Below are positions 13,706-25,800 of a stretch of DNA of 64,000 nucleotides, in pieces; position 1 is the stretch's first letter, and every line of letters starts with the position of its first letter. The stretch comes from Felis catus (Eukaryota): NCBI RefSeq assembly GCF_018350175.1, contig NC_058369.1, positions 21,392,001 to 21,456,000 on the forward strand. The letters are read 5' to 3'. The translations under genes and the position numbers were made by a program. A model generated the notes under the pieces. The model was given only the letters and a program-made list of their open reading frames with translations, had not been told where the DNA came from and ran no database searches.

Positions 13706-13832
13706 TGGAATGAGTGGGAATATCCCTCCCCATCACAGTCCGGGCCCCACGGGCGGTCTTCTGGCCACAGGGTGGCAGCTCTCTGCACACAGTGGGGTGG
13801 CCTGGGGTGTGGGCACAACCCCTCCCACATAA

Positions 13833-16800
13833 CTACAGCTCCACGGACCAGCAGGAAATCTCTGTTCCTGGGGAACCCTCTTGGTAATCCAGCTTGAGCA
13901 ATCTGGGATGGATACGTGGACAGAAAGAAAGATAGGTGGTCAGCAAATCTCAGGTGTGGTGGGAAGAGAGGGAGGTGGCTGGGGTTAGGAGTGTGGAGGG
14001 TAGAGAGGCTGGGAGCCTTAGAATTTCCTCCAGCACAGGACGACAAGGCCTGGTCACCCAAGTGGACCCAGCTGTGTGTGGTCTTCAGGGCCCAGGGCTC
14101 TGAGAGTTTGGGAGGAATTTCCTACTGTCCCCGACTCACCCTAGTGATCTCTGGGCTGGGGTGTTCTTTGCAGGTTTGAGCTGACTGTCCTCTGTGAGGT
14201 CACTGAGAGCTAGGTCAGAGATATCTAAAGTATCAACCTTTGCCCTCACTGCCTCTAGGTTCCAGGCAAGGACAGAGGAGTAGGGCCACCCGCCAAGCCC
14301 AGTTCCCAGCCTCTAGGCCTCCACACCCGGCCAGGCTCAGTGGCCTGCTTGCGCAGTCACCTGGTGGCAGAGTAGTCACGGCCCTGAACGCTCAGTGTTC
14401 GCCTGCTGTCATCTGCCGCTGCTGGGGGCCCCCAGAGCACGCCCTGGTAGAACTGGCCTGAGATACAAAGGGCGGGTCAGCAAGGAAAAAAGATGGAGGT
14501 TGGGAGACACATAGAGGTGAAGGGCACTGCCAGTTCGCAGGCAGAGGTGGCTTCTGAGGGTGCCCTGAGCCGTGGGCAACATACCAAGGGTCCCGCCAAC
14601 GTGGCTAGAGAAGCGGTCGGTGTCCCGCAGAAGGAGCCGGAGTCCCTCCCCAGGACCGTCCCAGGGGAGCAGGCCGATGGTCACTTTGTCTGGGCTGCTG
14701 AGCAGCAGGAGCCCCGCCTTGTCCATGGTCATGTTGAGGCTGTGGGGAAACCCCGCAACCTGAGCAATCGAGGCGGGAGTGGCCTTGGGCGGGACGTCCC
14801 TTAAATGTTCTGGGCTTCGCTTTCCTCACTGGTAAACTGGGACCGTCTTAGCGGTATCTGGTGTATTATTTATAAGATAAACCAGATTCCTTTCCCTCCC
14901 TGGTTTTCTTAGATTAGTTTCTCATAAATTAGTTTTATATGATTTAGGCAATTGTCTGATACATTCATTCTATCCCCTTCGTTTTTCTGGCTAGTGCCAC
15001 TTCCTTCTGATGATTAGGGTTACTTATGTCTAGAAGAGCAAGTCCCTTTTCATCCTATCCTGTCCTTTTCTACTTAAGATAAGCTTTGAAGGTCGGGCTC
15101 CTTAAAGCATGTTGAATAAGACCCTGCTGTTAACTCTGAGGTTATTTGAAATGGAACTGCCCTAAATTTACACTGTCCTTGATTCAATGTACAAGATGTG
15201 GTCTGTTTTCCCTTAGGTGTTATCTTCTGCAGCTCACGAAAGTATTTGGATTTTCTCTCCCTGCAGGTGTTAGGAATTCTTCATTCTCCCTTCTAGTGTG
15301 CACGTCCAGGGCACAGGAACTCTTGTCATTCTTTGTGCATTTATCAGATAATAGGAGACTTTAAGACCTCTCATGAAATTGGATGGTTTTCGGACAAGCG
15401 CCTCAGATTTTCTAGGCACCCACTCATTTGTCAAGTGGAAACCGGTCTCTACAGTGTGGCGCAGCGAGAGGGCAGAGGACAAGACTCTCCGTGCTCGGTA
15501 TAGGCTGGGGTGTTGCGTACTGCGCAAAGAGGGCCAGGGTCCTTGGCCCCACTCCCAGGCCCCTGGTAGCCTCCAGAGCTGGCAAGCTGCCTCTGGAAAG
15601 CTCTGTGGTGGGGCAGCCTCACCCAGAAGAGGTGGCCGTCCACCTCTACGCTAAGGATGACATTCGTAACCTCCCCCAGGGCACAGTGCTCTCCAGCTTC
15701 TCATTATTGCCGTCATTACCTCACCACACAGACAGCACGGCCCTCCCCTGTACCCAGTGGGCACCATACTGTCCCATGGGCACAGTACTCCTGGATCCCA
15801 TCCCCTCATTGGACCTTCTCCTCAGCCCTCTGGCTCAGGGCTGGGTGATTGTCTCTAGTTACGAGTGAGGAAACAGAGGAGCTAAGCAGCCTGCCCAGGG
15901 TCACACAGGACTGGCAGTAGAGCTAGCTCCAAGCCACACTGTGCCCCACGTCGGGTAGTGACCCGGGTGAGGTGTGAGGGCAGCTGGGTCCCAGCACAAC
16001 CCCTCTGTGACCTCCGGAACGGGAGGGTATGGTGCAGGGCTCTCTGTGGGGGCAGCCCACCGCAGGAGACGCATGCTCCGCCACCCCATCCCCAGGCTCA
16101 TGGGCCCAGATCACCTAGCAGCAGTCACCGGCCAACTAATGTGGCCAGAGAAGTACCCAGCGGGGGGCATACCCAGGTGTCACCGAGAACAGCGTCTCTT
16201 TCCACTTATAGGCAGAGTTTCTTCGATTTCGAGTCACTACCACGTGCTCAGGGGAGGCGCGGACCTGCAGCTGCGGGTTCTTGAAGGTCACCTCGATCCA
16301 CGAGAACTGGGCCTTTTCTGTCTCATACTGGCCAGTCACCTCAACCCCTAAGAGGGCCGGGAGCACAGAGGTCAAGGCCGTGGCCCCAGCTGGGCGCTGG
16401 CCTGGATGACAGGTCCACCCAAACCCCTTCTCACCGGCTCACCTTCTCAGTCCCCTTTTCCCAACACTTCCTCCCACAACCTCTCCCTCATCCCCTGGTT
16501 TCATGTGGCTTTGGAAGGGCCCCCGAATCCTTAGCGATGGCCACCTTCAGACGAGCCCTTTGAGAGGGCAGATCCTGTCTGAAATCAGGGAATATTCATA
16601 AAGCCCCCATAGTGTGGCTGGCCTGACGAGGTGCTGTGGCCAAGAGCGAGATGGAAAACGAGTGATGCCCAGCCTCTGGGAGCAAGCAGACCACGGCCTG
16701 GTGAGATGAGCGGTAGACTGGGTGGATGTGGGAGGAATGGGGGAGCCGCAGAGGCTCATTGGCTCTGGGTGGCTCTGCAGGTGTGTGTGAGCATCCCCGA

Positions 16801-19800
16801 GTGCTGTGTATCCTCACATCTGACCTGACACTCGGTTCAACCAGTAGGACCCTTCTGGGGTTGGGAGTGCAGGCCTGGTCAGCACACCTACCCCTTCCTC
16901 CCACTCACCTGCTCCATACCCTCCAGAGTCCTATCAGTACCTTCCAGGCCTCCGCTGCTGCTTTCCCCTTCCTCTGCCCAGTGGGCCCCCACTCGTCTGC
17001 CAAGGCCCAATCATTCCTGTATGACCCCGTGCAGCCTCCCCTGGCCCTCGGACAGCTCTTGTCTCCTCCTCTGGGCTCACTTCCGTGTCGCTCTGGGCAT
17101 TGACTATAGGCCTCTGAGCTTATGTGTGCCCAAGTCTGTCTCGCCACCCCTGAAGTATGGCAGTGCCTGGGGACAAGTCCACATCTGGTCTCCCTGGAGT
17201 GCCCAGGCCACCCGGACCTGCATATGTGATGTTCAGGGGAAAGTCTGTGGGGTGGCCGTGTAAGTGCAAGTGTCAGTGCTCAGAGGCAGGCCACGCTGTG
17301 ATCTTGGGACAGGCCCACACGGGGTAAGGTGTGTCTCCATGGGCTGTGTCCCATCATTGTCTCTGGGGGGGTTAAGTTGGGAGTGAGTGGTGTCTGGGTC
17401 TCTCTGGGTGGATGATTGGGTGTGCACCTCTCACCTTGGTCAGGGTCTGAGAGCAGGTTCATTGGCCCCTGAGAGTGCTTGATGTCCACACAGAGAGGAT
17501 TCACACTCTGTCCGGGCAGTGTCAGGATGACAGGAGGTGCCTGGATGGGGGCTGGAACAGCAGGTGTAGTTCCTAGAGCAGGTAGAGCGGGCTGGGAGGT
17601 AAGGGCAGGGAGGGGGCCTGAGGGAGGCTGGCAACCTACCTGGGGGTGAGTCTGTCTTGGCTGGTTCTGAAAGAAGAAAAAGTCTGGATTTAGACAGCCT
17701 CTTCCTGGGGAGTGGGGGAAGAGGTGAGAGATGGAGAAGCAGATGCCCGTGGCCAGGGCTCCCTCTCAACTTCAACACTGGGAAACCCACGTGATGTGTC
17801 TGCAGAGCTCCCCGAGGGTTTCCTCTCCTGGTGTCTATGTGTCATAGTGTCAGAAGGTATTGCAGGAACTCTGGCCTTGATTCTCAAATCCACTTCATCA
17901 GGAGTGGAGGGGGCTGATGGTGCCAAAGCAGGCATTAGTGCAGGGGCAGCCAGAAACAGAAAGGAAGAAGGTAGTCAGGATTGAGAGTAATCTTCACATC
18001 CTCCAGCCATCGTTGCCACCCGCCACCCCCCCGGCCCCACAACCCCTGCCATACATACATCCAACTTGGAAGAGCCTTTGTAATGAGACTTTCAAACAGG
18101 AGAGCACACTATTAGGGAAAATGCGGAGGACATGGGGTCTAGCCTGACTCTGCCGCTTCTGAATCCAGATTTGGGATTGGAAATAGCTCAAGGGACCACT
18201 GTTAGCTTTGGAAATGGAGGAAGCCTTCCCTTTCTAGAAGGTTCCATCCTGAGCCAGCCTCCAGAGTGTAATGAATCTGATCCAGTGAAAATAAAGGACA
18301 CATTACTTCAGGGCACCTGGGTGGCTCAGTCAGTTAAGCGTCTGACTTTGGCTTAGGTCATGGTCTCACAGTTCGTGGGTTTGAGCCCTGTGTCAGGCTC
18401 TGTTCTGGTGCTTTACCTCTCCAACTCTACAGGCAGGTTTAATGATCACCTTAAGGAAACTAGACTCTCAGAGGGTCAGAAAGTGGCTTACCTAACAACA
18501 TGTCCGGTAGCAGCAAGTCCCTAACCCCATGGTAGGTTAGATGATGAGATGGAGAATGAACAGGTCCTTGTGGTCCGAGTCTCCCTGGGTTACCAGGCGC
18601 CTTCCCAGAAGGTCCAGCTTTGGAAAAGTTGACACACACACAGTCTTCTCTAAAGTGGTGTCGTGGTCCCCCCCCCCAGCCTGGGCTCTGGGACCCACCC
18701 CGGGAGAGGGATGTGGAGAGGGCGGATGGCTCCCTTCCTTGCACTCATCACTCTGGGAGCCTCTCCTCCCATGGCCAGAAGAAATTCAAAGTGGGAACAA
18801 AGGGCCCTTCTTGAACCCCTCCGCCCCTGCCACTGGGATGTCAGCCCCCACCCCCAGTCCCTAATTCAAATTACTTCGTCCTCTATAGCCGCTTCTTTCG
18901 GTAAGGAAGGAGTCTGCATAGCTGCTCCCTAATCAGACATAAATGGACGTGAGTCCCAGCCCCGCCAGCCAGCCAGGTGAGCCAGGAAAGTCACTCCCCC
19001 AACAACCAGGGCAGAGCCCAGTCTGTGGCCAGGGTCACGATTCTGTCAATCTCCCACCCCTCTCCCCTCTCGTCCTTTGCCACCTGTTAATCTGGACCTT
19101 CTGTCTCCCATGGTATGAAATCTGGAGAGAGGAAGACCTGGAAATCAGAGGGACCTGGGTTTGCTTGTTAGATGTACCTTTCTGGGGCCTGCAGTTGAAC
19201 AGGGATTGTATCCCTAGTGCCCAGGGCAGGCCCCAAATGGCAGCCAGTATCTGAATGAACGAAGTGACTAAATGCACTCATTTGCTTAGGCAGACGACAC
19301 CCCCTGCTGGCAGTGGGGTTGGGCTGGAGAGGCCCTGGCCAGCAACCTCGTGGGGCTGGTGCCTTAGGTCCTGTGTCAGCCAACTGTCCCCCAGCCCAGC
19401 CTTTGAGGCTCTTACCTAAGTGGAAGTGCCTGCGTTCGTTTTCTGGATAAAACAAAAAGAGAAAGAAAGAAATACACTGTTAGAGTGATTTCAATAAATT
19501 TGACATGCTTGTATTTAACCTTGCTTTCCAACCCCAGCACTAAACAGGTGCAGTGAACTCTGGGGTCAGGAGACCTGGCCTCAGCTTTCACATCAATGAA
19601 ATGGGAGGAGTCTCCCGGGGCTCCTGGGAGATTAGGGGTGGCAGGGTTGGGGTCTTGGTTGGGATGCAGAGGAAAGGCTGCAGAGGGTGCTGGGTCAAAA
19701 CTGTGCTGCCAAGGAGGCCGGGGTCCTGCTCTCACACCCACCGGTTTCCACGGGCTTCTCTGCAACTTCAGATCGTTCTTCGCCTTCGGGTTTGGTGACC

Positions 19801-22800
19801 ACCATGGACGTGAGGGGTGTGACAAAGCTGTACTGCAGCGACAAGTTCAGAGCTCGGGTCTCAAGGGCCTGCTTCTCAGCATCAGATGCCAAAATCCTGC
19901 AGGTTGAGGACATCACAGGTTCAGCAGGTCCCTGGATGCCTTGTCAGAATCTCCCTCCCTTCCAGACCCTTCTGGGAGGGTTCCACTGGGAGAGTCTGGA
20001 GCTCACACGTGGTGCCACAACCCCCTCTCTCTGGACTTGGGAGACACCCTGTGCCCGCTGCTCCCCCCCCCCCCCCGTCCCCACCGCCATGGGAAGCTTG
20101 TGAAGGTGCTCAGGCTATGTGTAGCTGTCCTGGTGGGCCCTCAAAGGTGTGGGCTACCCACATTTTCTCTAGCAGTTGCTGGATGGTCAGGTATGCCCAG
20201 AGTCTCTCCATGAAGCTGTGGAAGATGTACTTGGGGCTCTGGAACTCTTCCTCCTTCTCCGCCACTCTAATTTCCGTTTGGAAGGTGATGTTCTGCATGT
20301 GCTAGAAAGAGGGGCCCAGCCGGGGCAGGAGCTGTGAGGGCCTAGGTCTTCCAAGTGCTCCCACATGAAACCTGCTTAGAGCTGGGGCAGCTCCCATGCA
20401 TCGGCTGCAAGGACTGCACTACCTTTGAGTAGAGTGGGGTGTGGGGAGGGAGTTTGGGGAATGAGAGTCTTGGTCACAGAGCCTCCCAAGATGAGAAGGA
20501 GGTGGAGATAAAAGGTAGCAAACCGCCCAAGTGCAACATGGCAGACACAGAGCTGGGAGCTCAGGTCAGACGGATCCTTCCAGAGAAAGGGAAATGAGAA
20601 TGGGATGTGACGCTCAGGACAGTGTAGAAACAGCAGTAGGAAGGAAGTCCAAGTGTGGTGTGTGGACAGAAAGGGTCCCCGCATGCATTCCACACTCACC
20701 CCAAAGATGGAGACTCTGGGGACAAAGAGGGAAGAGATTTCCCCAGCAGTCAGTGGCAGAGTTGGAAAGAGAACTCCGGTGTCATGGCCCTGATAGGGCT
20801 TGGGGTCCCGTCCACCCGCAACCAGCTATCCTGGCCCATCCTGATGCCCTCTGCTGGGGCTGGGCACTGTGGGATGGAGGCAGCAAGGCATATGCCGAGC
20901 TCCGAGTGACTGCTGCATCCTTCCCCAGGGAGGGGGCTTCTGGTCTGGGGCTGCCCTGCCCACAGCCTGGGAAGTGGCGAGAGGTGGGGGGACAGAGGAA
21001 ACCCCACCTTTCTTGCCATTTCTCCCCGCTGCAGTCGAAGACCTTCTCAGTGTGGATCAGATCCCGCTACCCCTGCTGGAACTACCTCCTCTGTCTCTCA
21101 CCCAGAGCCAGGCCTCCCCACACTGTCACATGCAGGCCACCTGCACGAATTTTGTCCTATCCACACATAGAGCTATTTGCTTGATGGTTTTGCTTAAATG
21201 AACTTTAAATAGACTAATACTATTTATTTGGCCCTGTCCCAAGCAATAATACCTGTGAAATCTTAGGTCTGGGGTTCAAGTTCTATTTTTCAGGACACAT
21301 TAAAATAAATACACAACTACTAAAACAAACATGTTTGTGAACTACCCTGAGTCACCTTGGGTCTTACACTTTGGGAACGCCTGGCCTTTCGGTTCATATT
21401 AGCAGCTAACATGAATGAAATATTTACACTGGGGCCAGACTGTAATCCCCACAGCAGTCTTACAAGGTGGGTAGGGTGACCTATTCTGATTTTTACACAG
21501 GAGGAAACTGAGGCACAGTGAGGTTAAGTGATTTGTCCCAGGACTCACCTCTGGGAGGTGGCAGAGCTGGGTCTGAACCCAGGCAGGCTGGCCATAGATC
21601 ACACACTGCCCATCCCACTACTCGGCCACTTCCTCTGAGGTGAGGCCCAGGACCCCCCATTCTCTTCTGACTCACATACCTGCTGTTCTTCCCACACACG
21701 CTGCCTGCTTGCCATGCAAGCCTAGAATGTTCCTCCATCATTCCACCGTCTGGCCTGTACCATCCTCTACTCATCCTTCAGTCTCAGCTGGGCCTCCTTC
21801 AGGCATCCCTCCCTGATTCCCAGACCAGGTCTGGGTTCCCAGGGCTGCTCCCCTGAGTTCCCGGGTTTGTTGTGTCAGGGACATCCCAGCCCGAAGCTCC
21901 TTGCTGGTGTGAGGATTTACACGCACTGTCACTGCCGGGAGGACAGCGTCCCCAGGGCCTAGAGAAGGACCTGGTGCAGAGCAGGTGCTGTTTCTCTCTG
22001 TGGAATGACAGGGCCTCCTGTGGCACAGAGGCAGGGGAAGACTGGGCAGAGACGGCACCACGTGGGGAGCCAGGCTCTTGACCTGGCTGCAGAGGGGCCC
22101 CAGGCAAGTTGCATGCCCTGCCTGGATCTCAGCCTGCTCATCTGTGAAATGGGAGCAGCCCTCTCTGCCCCACTGCAACCTCAGAGGGCAGTGTGAGGAC
22201 AGGAGGGAATGCCAGGCCTCTGGTTCTCTCAGGAACAGCAGCAGCACAGACGGACTGCTGAGTGTCATCTCTAAGTGGGAGACAGCACTTCGTGACTTGC
22301 TCTCTCAACTGCTGGAGCCCTGTGGGGCTGGGGTGTGAATGAAGCCCTTCTGACTCCCTGCTCCAGCGGCCTTTCCCCTGCAGAATGGCCGGCCACACTC
22401 ACCAGATGCCCTCTGACTTTGGCTGAGAGCACATCAGGGCTCTGGTCCTGGAGCTTCCCAGCGACCACGATCTCGGAGCCTTTGAAGAGCAGCCGGAAGT
22501 TGTCCTGCGAAACCTCCTCCACAGCGTTGCTTGGGTACTCAAAGGTCACTGCTGTCAGCAGTGGGTTGGCCACTTCCTGGTAGAAATCCTGCAAGGTGGG
22601 GGGTGTCACGAGTGCGGGGCTGGGGTCTGCCTGCCTCTCTGTGCCATCCCTCACTCAGGGGCCACCGGGGACACTCTGGCACCTGGAGCTGCAGGGCAGA
22701 GTCCGAGTCCTCATAGATGCGCCGAGCCAGGCCGCCGTTGTCCAGTGCCATCTTCTCCAGGAAGGCATAGCTGACATCGAAGCCAAAGCCCAGGCAGAAG

Positions 22801-25800
22801 AGGCTGTACTGGCCAGCTATGGCTTCCTGCACGTTCTTCTGGATCCTCGCAGGGTTGGTCTCTCCTGGGCCCAGCAGTTTGGGAAGGGGGTGGGGAGTAT
22901 GAGAAAACAGCGATTTGTTCAATGGATACTTCTGGACTCTAGAGACCCCCCCCCCCTCCCTGCCTCGGGTTCCACAGCAAGCCAGGGGAAGGCCTCAGCA
23001 GATCCCTCTGGGCCGTGTGCCTTGGAGTTGCTGGTGGTGCCCTCACCCACAGTGGGGTCACCATCGGTGAGCAGGATGATGAGGGAGACACTGCCCGCGG
23101 GCAGCAGCTCCTGCCGGTTGGCGTTACTCAGCAGCTGCACGGCCATCAGCATTGCGTCGTTGATGTTGGTCCCTGGGGGGCACACACTCAGGATGGCTTC
23201 CAGCCCAGTGCCTCAGGCTGGGCTTGGTTCCCCAGAAGTCCCCACACCACAGCAGGGCTACAGAGGCACTCACCGCCTTGGGCCTGGATGCCGGCCACAT
23301 ATCTCCTGGCCTGGTTCACGTCCTCGGCTGAGGCTGGCACCAGCAATGGCTTCCACTGGGTTGCATCCCCGCTGAAGCTGATAAGGTTGAACTGGTCTCT
23401 GGGGCTGAGGTCATCCAGGATCTTGATTAAGGCTTCCCGGGTCTGAGCAGGAGGATCGGAGACAAGGTGGGTGTCTCAGTGGAGCCTCCCTGGGGCTGGC
23501 ATCCTGTGTACTTGGGCTGGCATCCCCGGACTTGCATGGTGACTGCTCTAGAGCCAGGACCTGCCGATACTCTGACCAATCTCAACCCCTGGGTACCCCA
23601 TACCCAGGAAGATGGAGGAGGGAGAATCTGCCTACCGGGCCGGAGGTGATGGCATGAGGCATGTGTGAGTTTCCAGAGTTGTGGTCTTAACCTGTGGGAC
23701 CCACCTGTTGGATCTTCCTGCCCAACATGGAGCCGCTCTTGTCAATGACAAAGATCACATTCTTGGGTATTGTGGGTAGGCCCTCGGGGGCAAAGTAGTG
23801 TACAAAGTAGCCATTTTCAATCTGTGATCAGAGTGAAACAACCCAGGTAATAAGAGCTGCAGCCCTGCCCTGCCCCCAACCAGCCTTCTCAGCTTAATAC
23901 TTGGGTTCCTCTCTTCACACAGCCCCATCTTTCTCTGTCTCAATGCTAACTTCCTCAAATCCTCACCATCTTCTAGGTCTCAGTCCAGCCCCTCTCTTGC
24001 CTTCCCTGCTCACGTATGGCCTACTAGAACTCTACCCCCACTTTACCTCCTATTTGTTTTAGTATTTGAGGCAATTTATTCTAAAAGGTTTAGACATAAT
24101 AAACCTGAGATCCATTAAAAGAGTAAGGACTTGAAAAACAAGGTCCATAGTGGGGCACCTGGGTGGCTCAGTGGGTTCAGCTTCTGACTTCAGTTCAGGT
24201 CGTGACTCACGGTGTGTGAGTTTGAGCCCCACGTCATCGGGCTCTGTGCTGACAACTCAGAGCCTGGAGCCTTCTTTGGATTGTGTATCTCCCTCTCTCT
24301 CTGCCCCTCCCCCACTCACACTCTGTCTCTCTCAAAAAAAAAAGTTAAAAAAAGTTTTAAAAAACAAGGTCCATCAAAAGAGTAAAGGGAAAGCACAATG
24401 AAGCCAGAAACTTGCATGAAAGAAGCTACTGCCATTGAACATCAAACTGAACTGTGAGCCTCCTGCCAGCCAAGGCAATAAGGGAAATCCTGCAAGGCAT
24501 CTCTTTAGCAGAGATGAAACTTCTGTGCCTCCAAAAGAAAATTGTTTCAGGGAAACATAACAAAATTGCTTGTTTTTGGTCTGTGCTGCCACTGGTTCAC
24601 ACTGATGAGTAGGGGCAGTTACTTTGCCTTTCCTTCTAGAACATGTAAGCTCAAGCCCTTGAGTATGGATGGATTTTCTGGTTGCCCCTATTCTCGCCTG
24701 GAGCCCACATACCTGAATGGAGCCCCCGGAGAGGGTCCGGTTCACATCGTAGCGGATGATGAAGTTGCCATTCAGGACTGTGTCCTCCTGCCCTGGTGAC
24801 TTTTGCTGGGAGAGTGTGGGCTTGAATCGGATGTGAGCCTGGGAAAGGACAGGCTGGGGTTGAGAAGAGCCCCATGGCCACACCCCCCCCCCCCATCTGA
24901 AGCAAGAATTCCAGGATATGGCCTTGGGCCACAGTCCAGGGAATGTTCCCTGAGGCTGAGCTGTTGGAGAGAATGACTCCCCATAGGGGAGTGGGGGAGT
25001 GAACCTCTGCTCTTAGAGCTGCACCAGCAGGGGCCCGGCTCAGGATATGCATGATCCAGCTGGCGGCCCCTTTCCATCCATGGGGCCCTCACTTAGGTTC
25101 CTCCCCACAGCCTTCTCCCCACCAGGGCGAAAGTGGTCTCCACACCAGCACCTACCACCCTTCTCTGGGCCTTGTTCTCCACCTCTGCCAAGTGGCAGCA
25201 TGGACACAGACCTCAGAAGTCCCTCCAGCACAGAGATTCTGCCCAGTTGTCCCGCTCTCCGGACAGACTCATAAGGCTGGCCGGACAACAGGCCCCTTGG
25301 TACCCTTGCCTGCTGACAATGGCAGGCCCACCTTGGTCTTGTTCCGTGAGATGGTGAGGGCATCTGCCAGTTCGTTGGTCATGAAGGTGCTCTCTGTCTC
25401 CAGAAAGCTGATGCCCTGAGGCTCAAAGATGTGAATGTCCATCTGGAGGCAAGAAGCGGGTCACTGGGTTGGCAGGGAGCTGGGGCTGGGCCTCCGGGGA
25501 GGCAGAGGGGGAAGGAGGGGCTGCCCTCAGCAGAGCAGGTGTGTTCCTGGAGACCTCCCGGGAAAAGGCGGTGCCAGTACCTGCAGATGCTTGACCAGCT
25601 GCTGAGGCTGGACTTTCAGCAGCAGCTCATACACTTCCAGACGCCGTTTGAGCAGCTCCTCATACACTAGCTCGAAGGTGACCTTGGCAGAGGGAGCCAC
25701 ATTGACTGACACCTGGAACTGCTCCATCTTTCTTCCGGTGGCCCTGGGGGAGAGGGACGTCAGGTTTGTCCCTCCAGGCCGGGCGGGGTTATGGCCACTG

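Noticed and set aside
19177..19250. Candidate ITIH4 exon [24 protein letters not shown]
   Set aside because: It ends in the wrong phase at a weak donor and is not needed for frame continuity.
22596..23375. 259-aa + strand ORF
   Set aside because: Antisense shadow of GC-rich ITIH4 exons; no independent gene signals.
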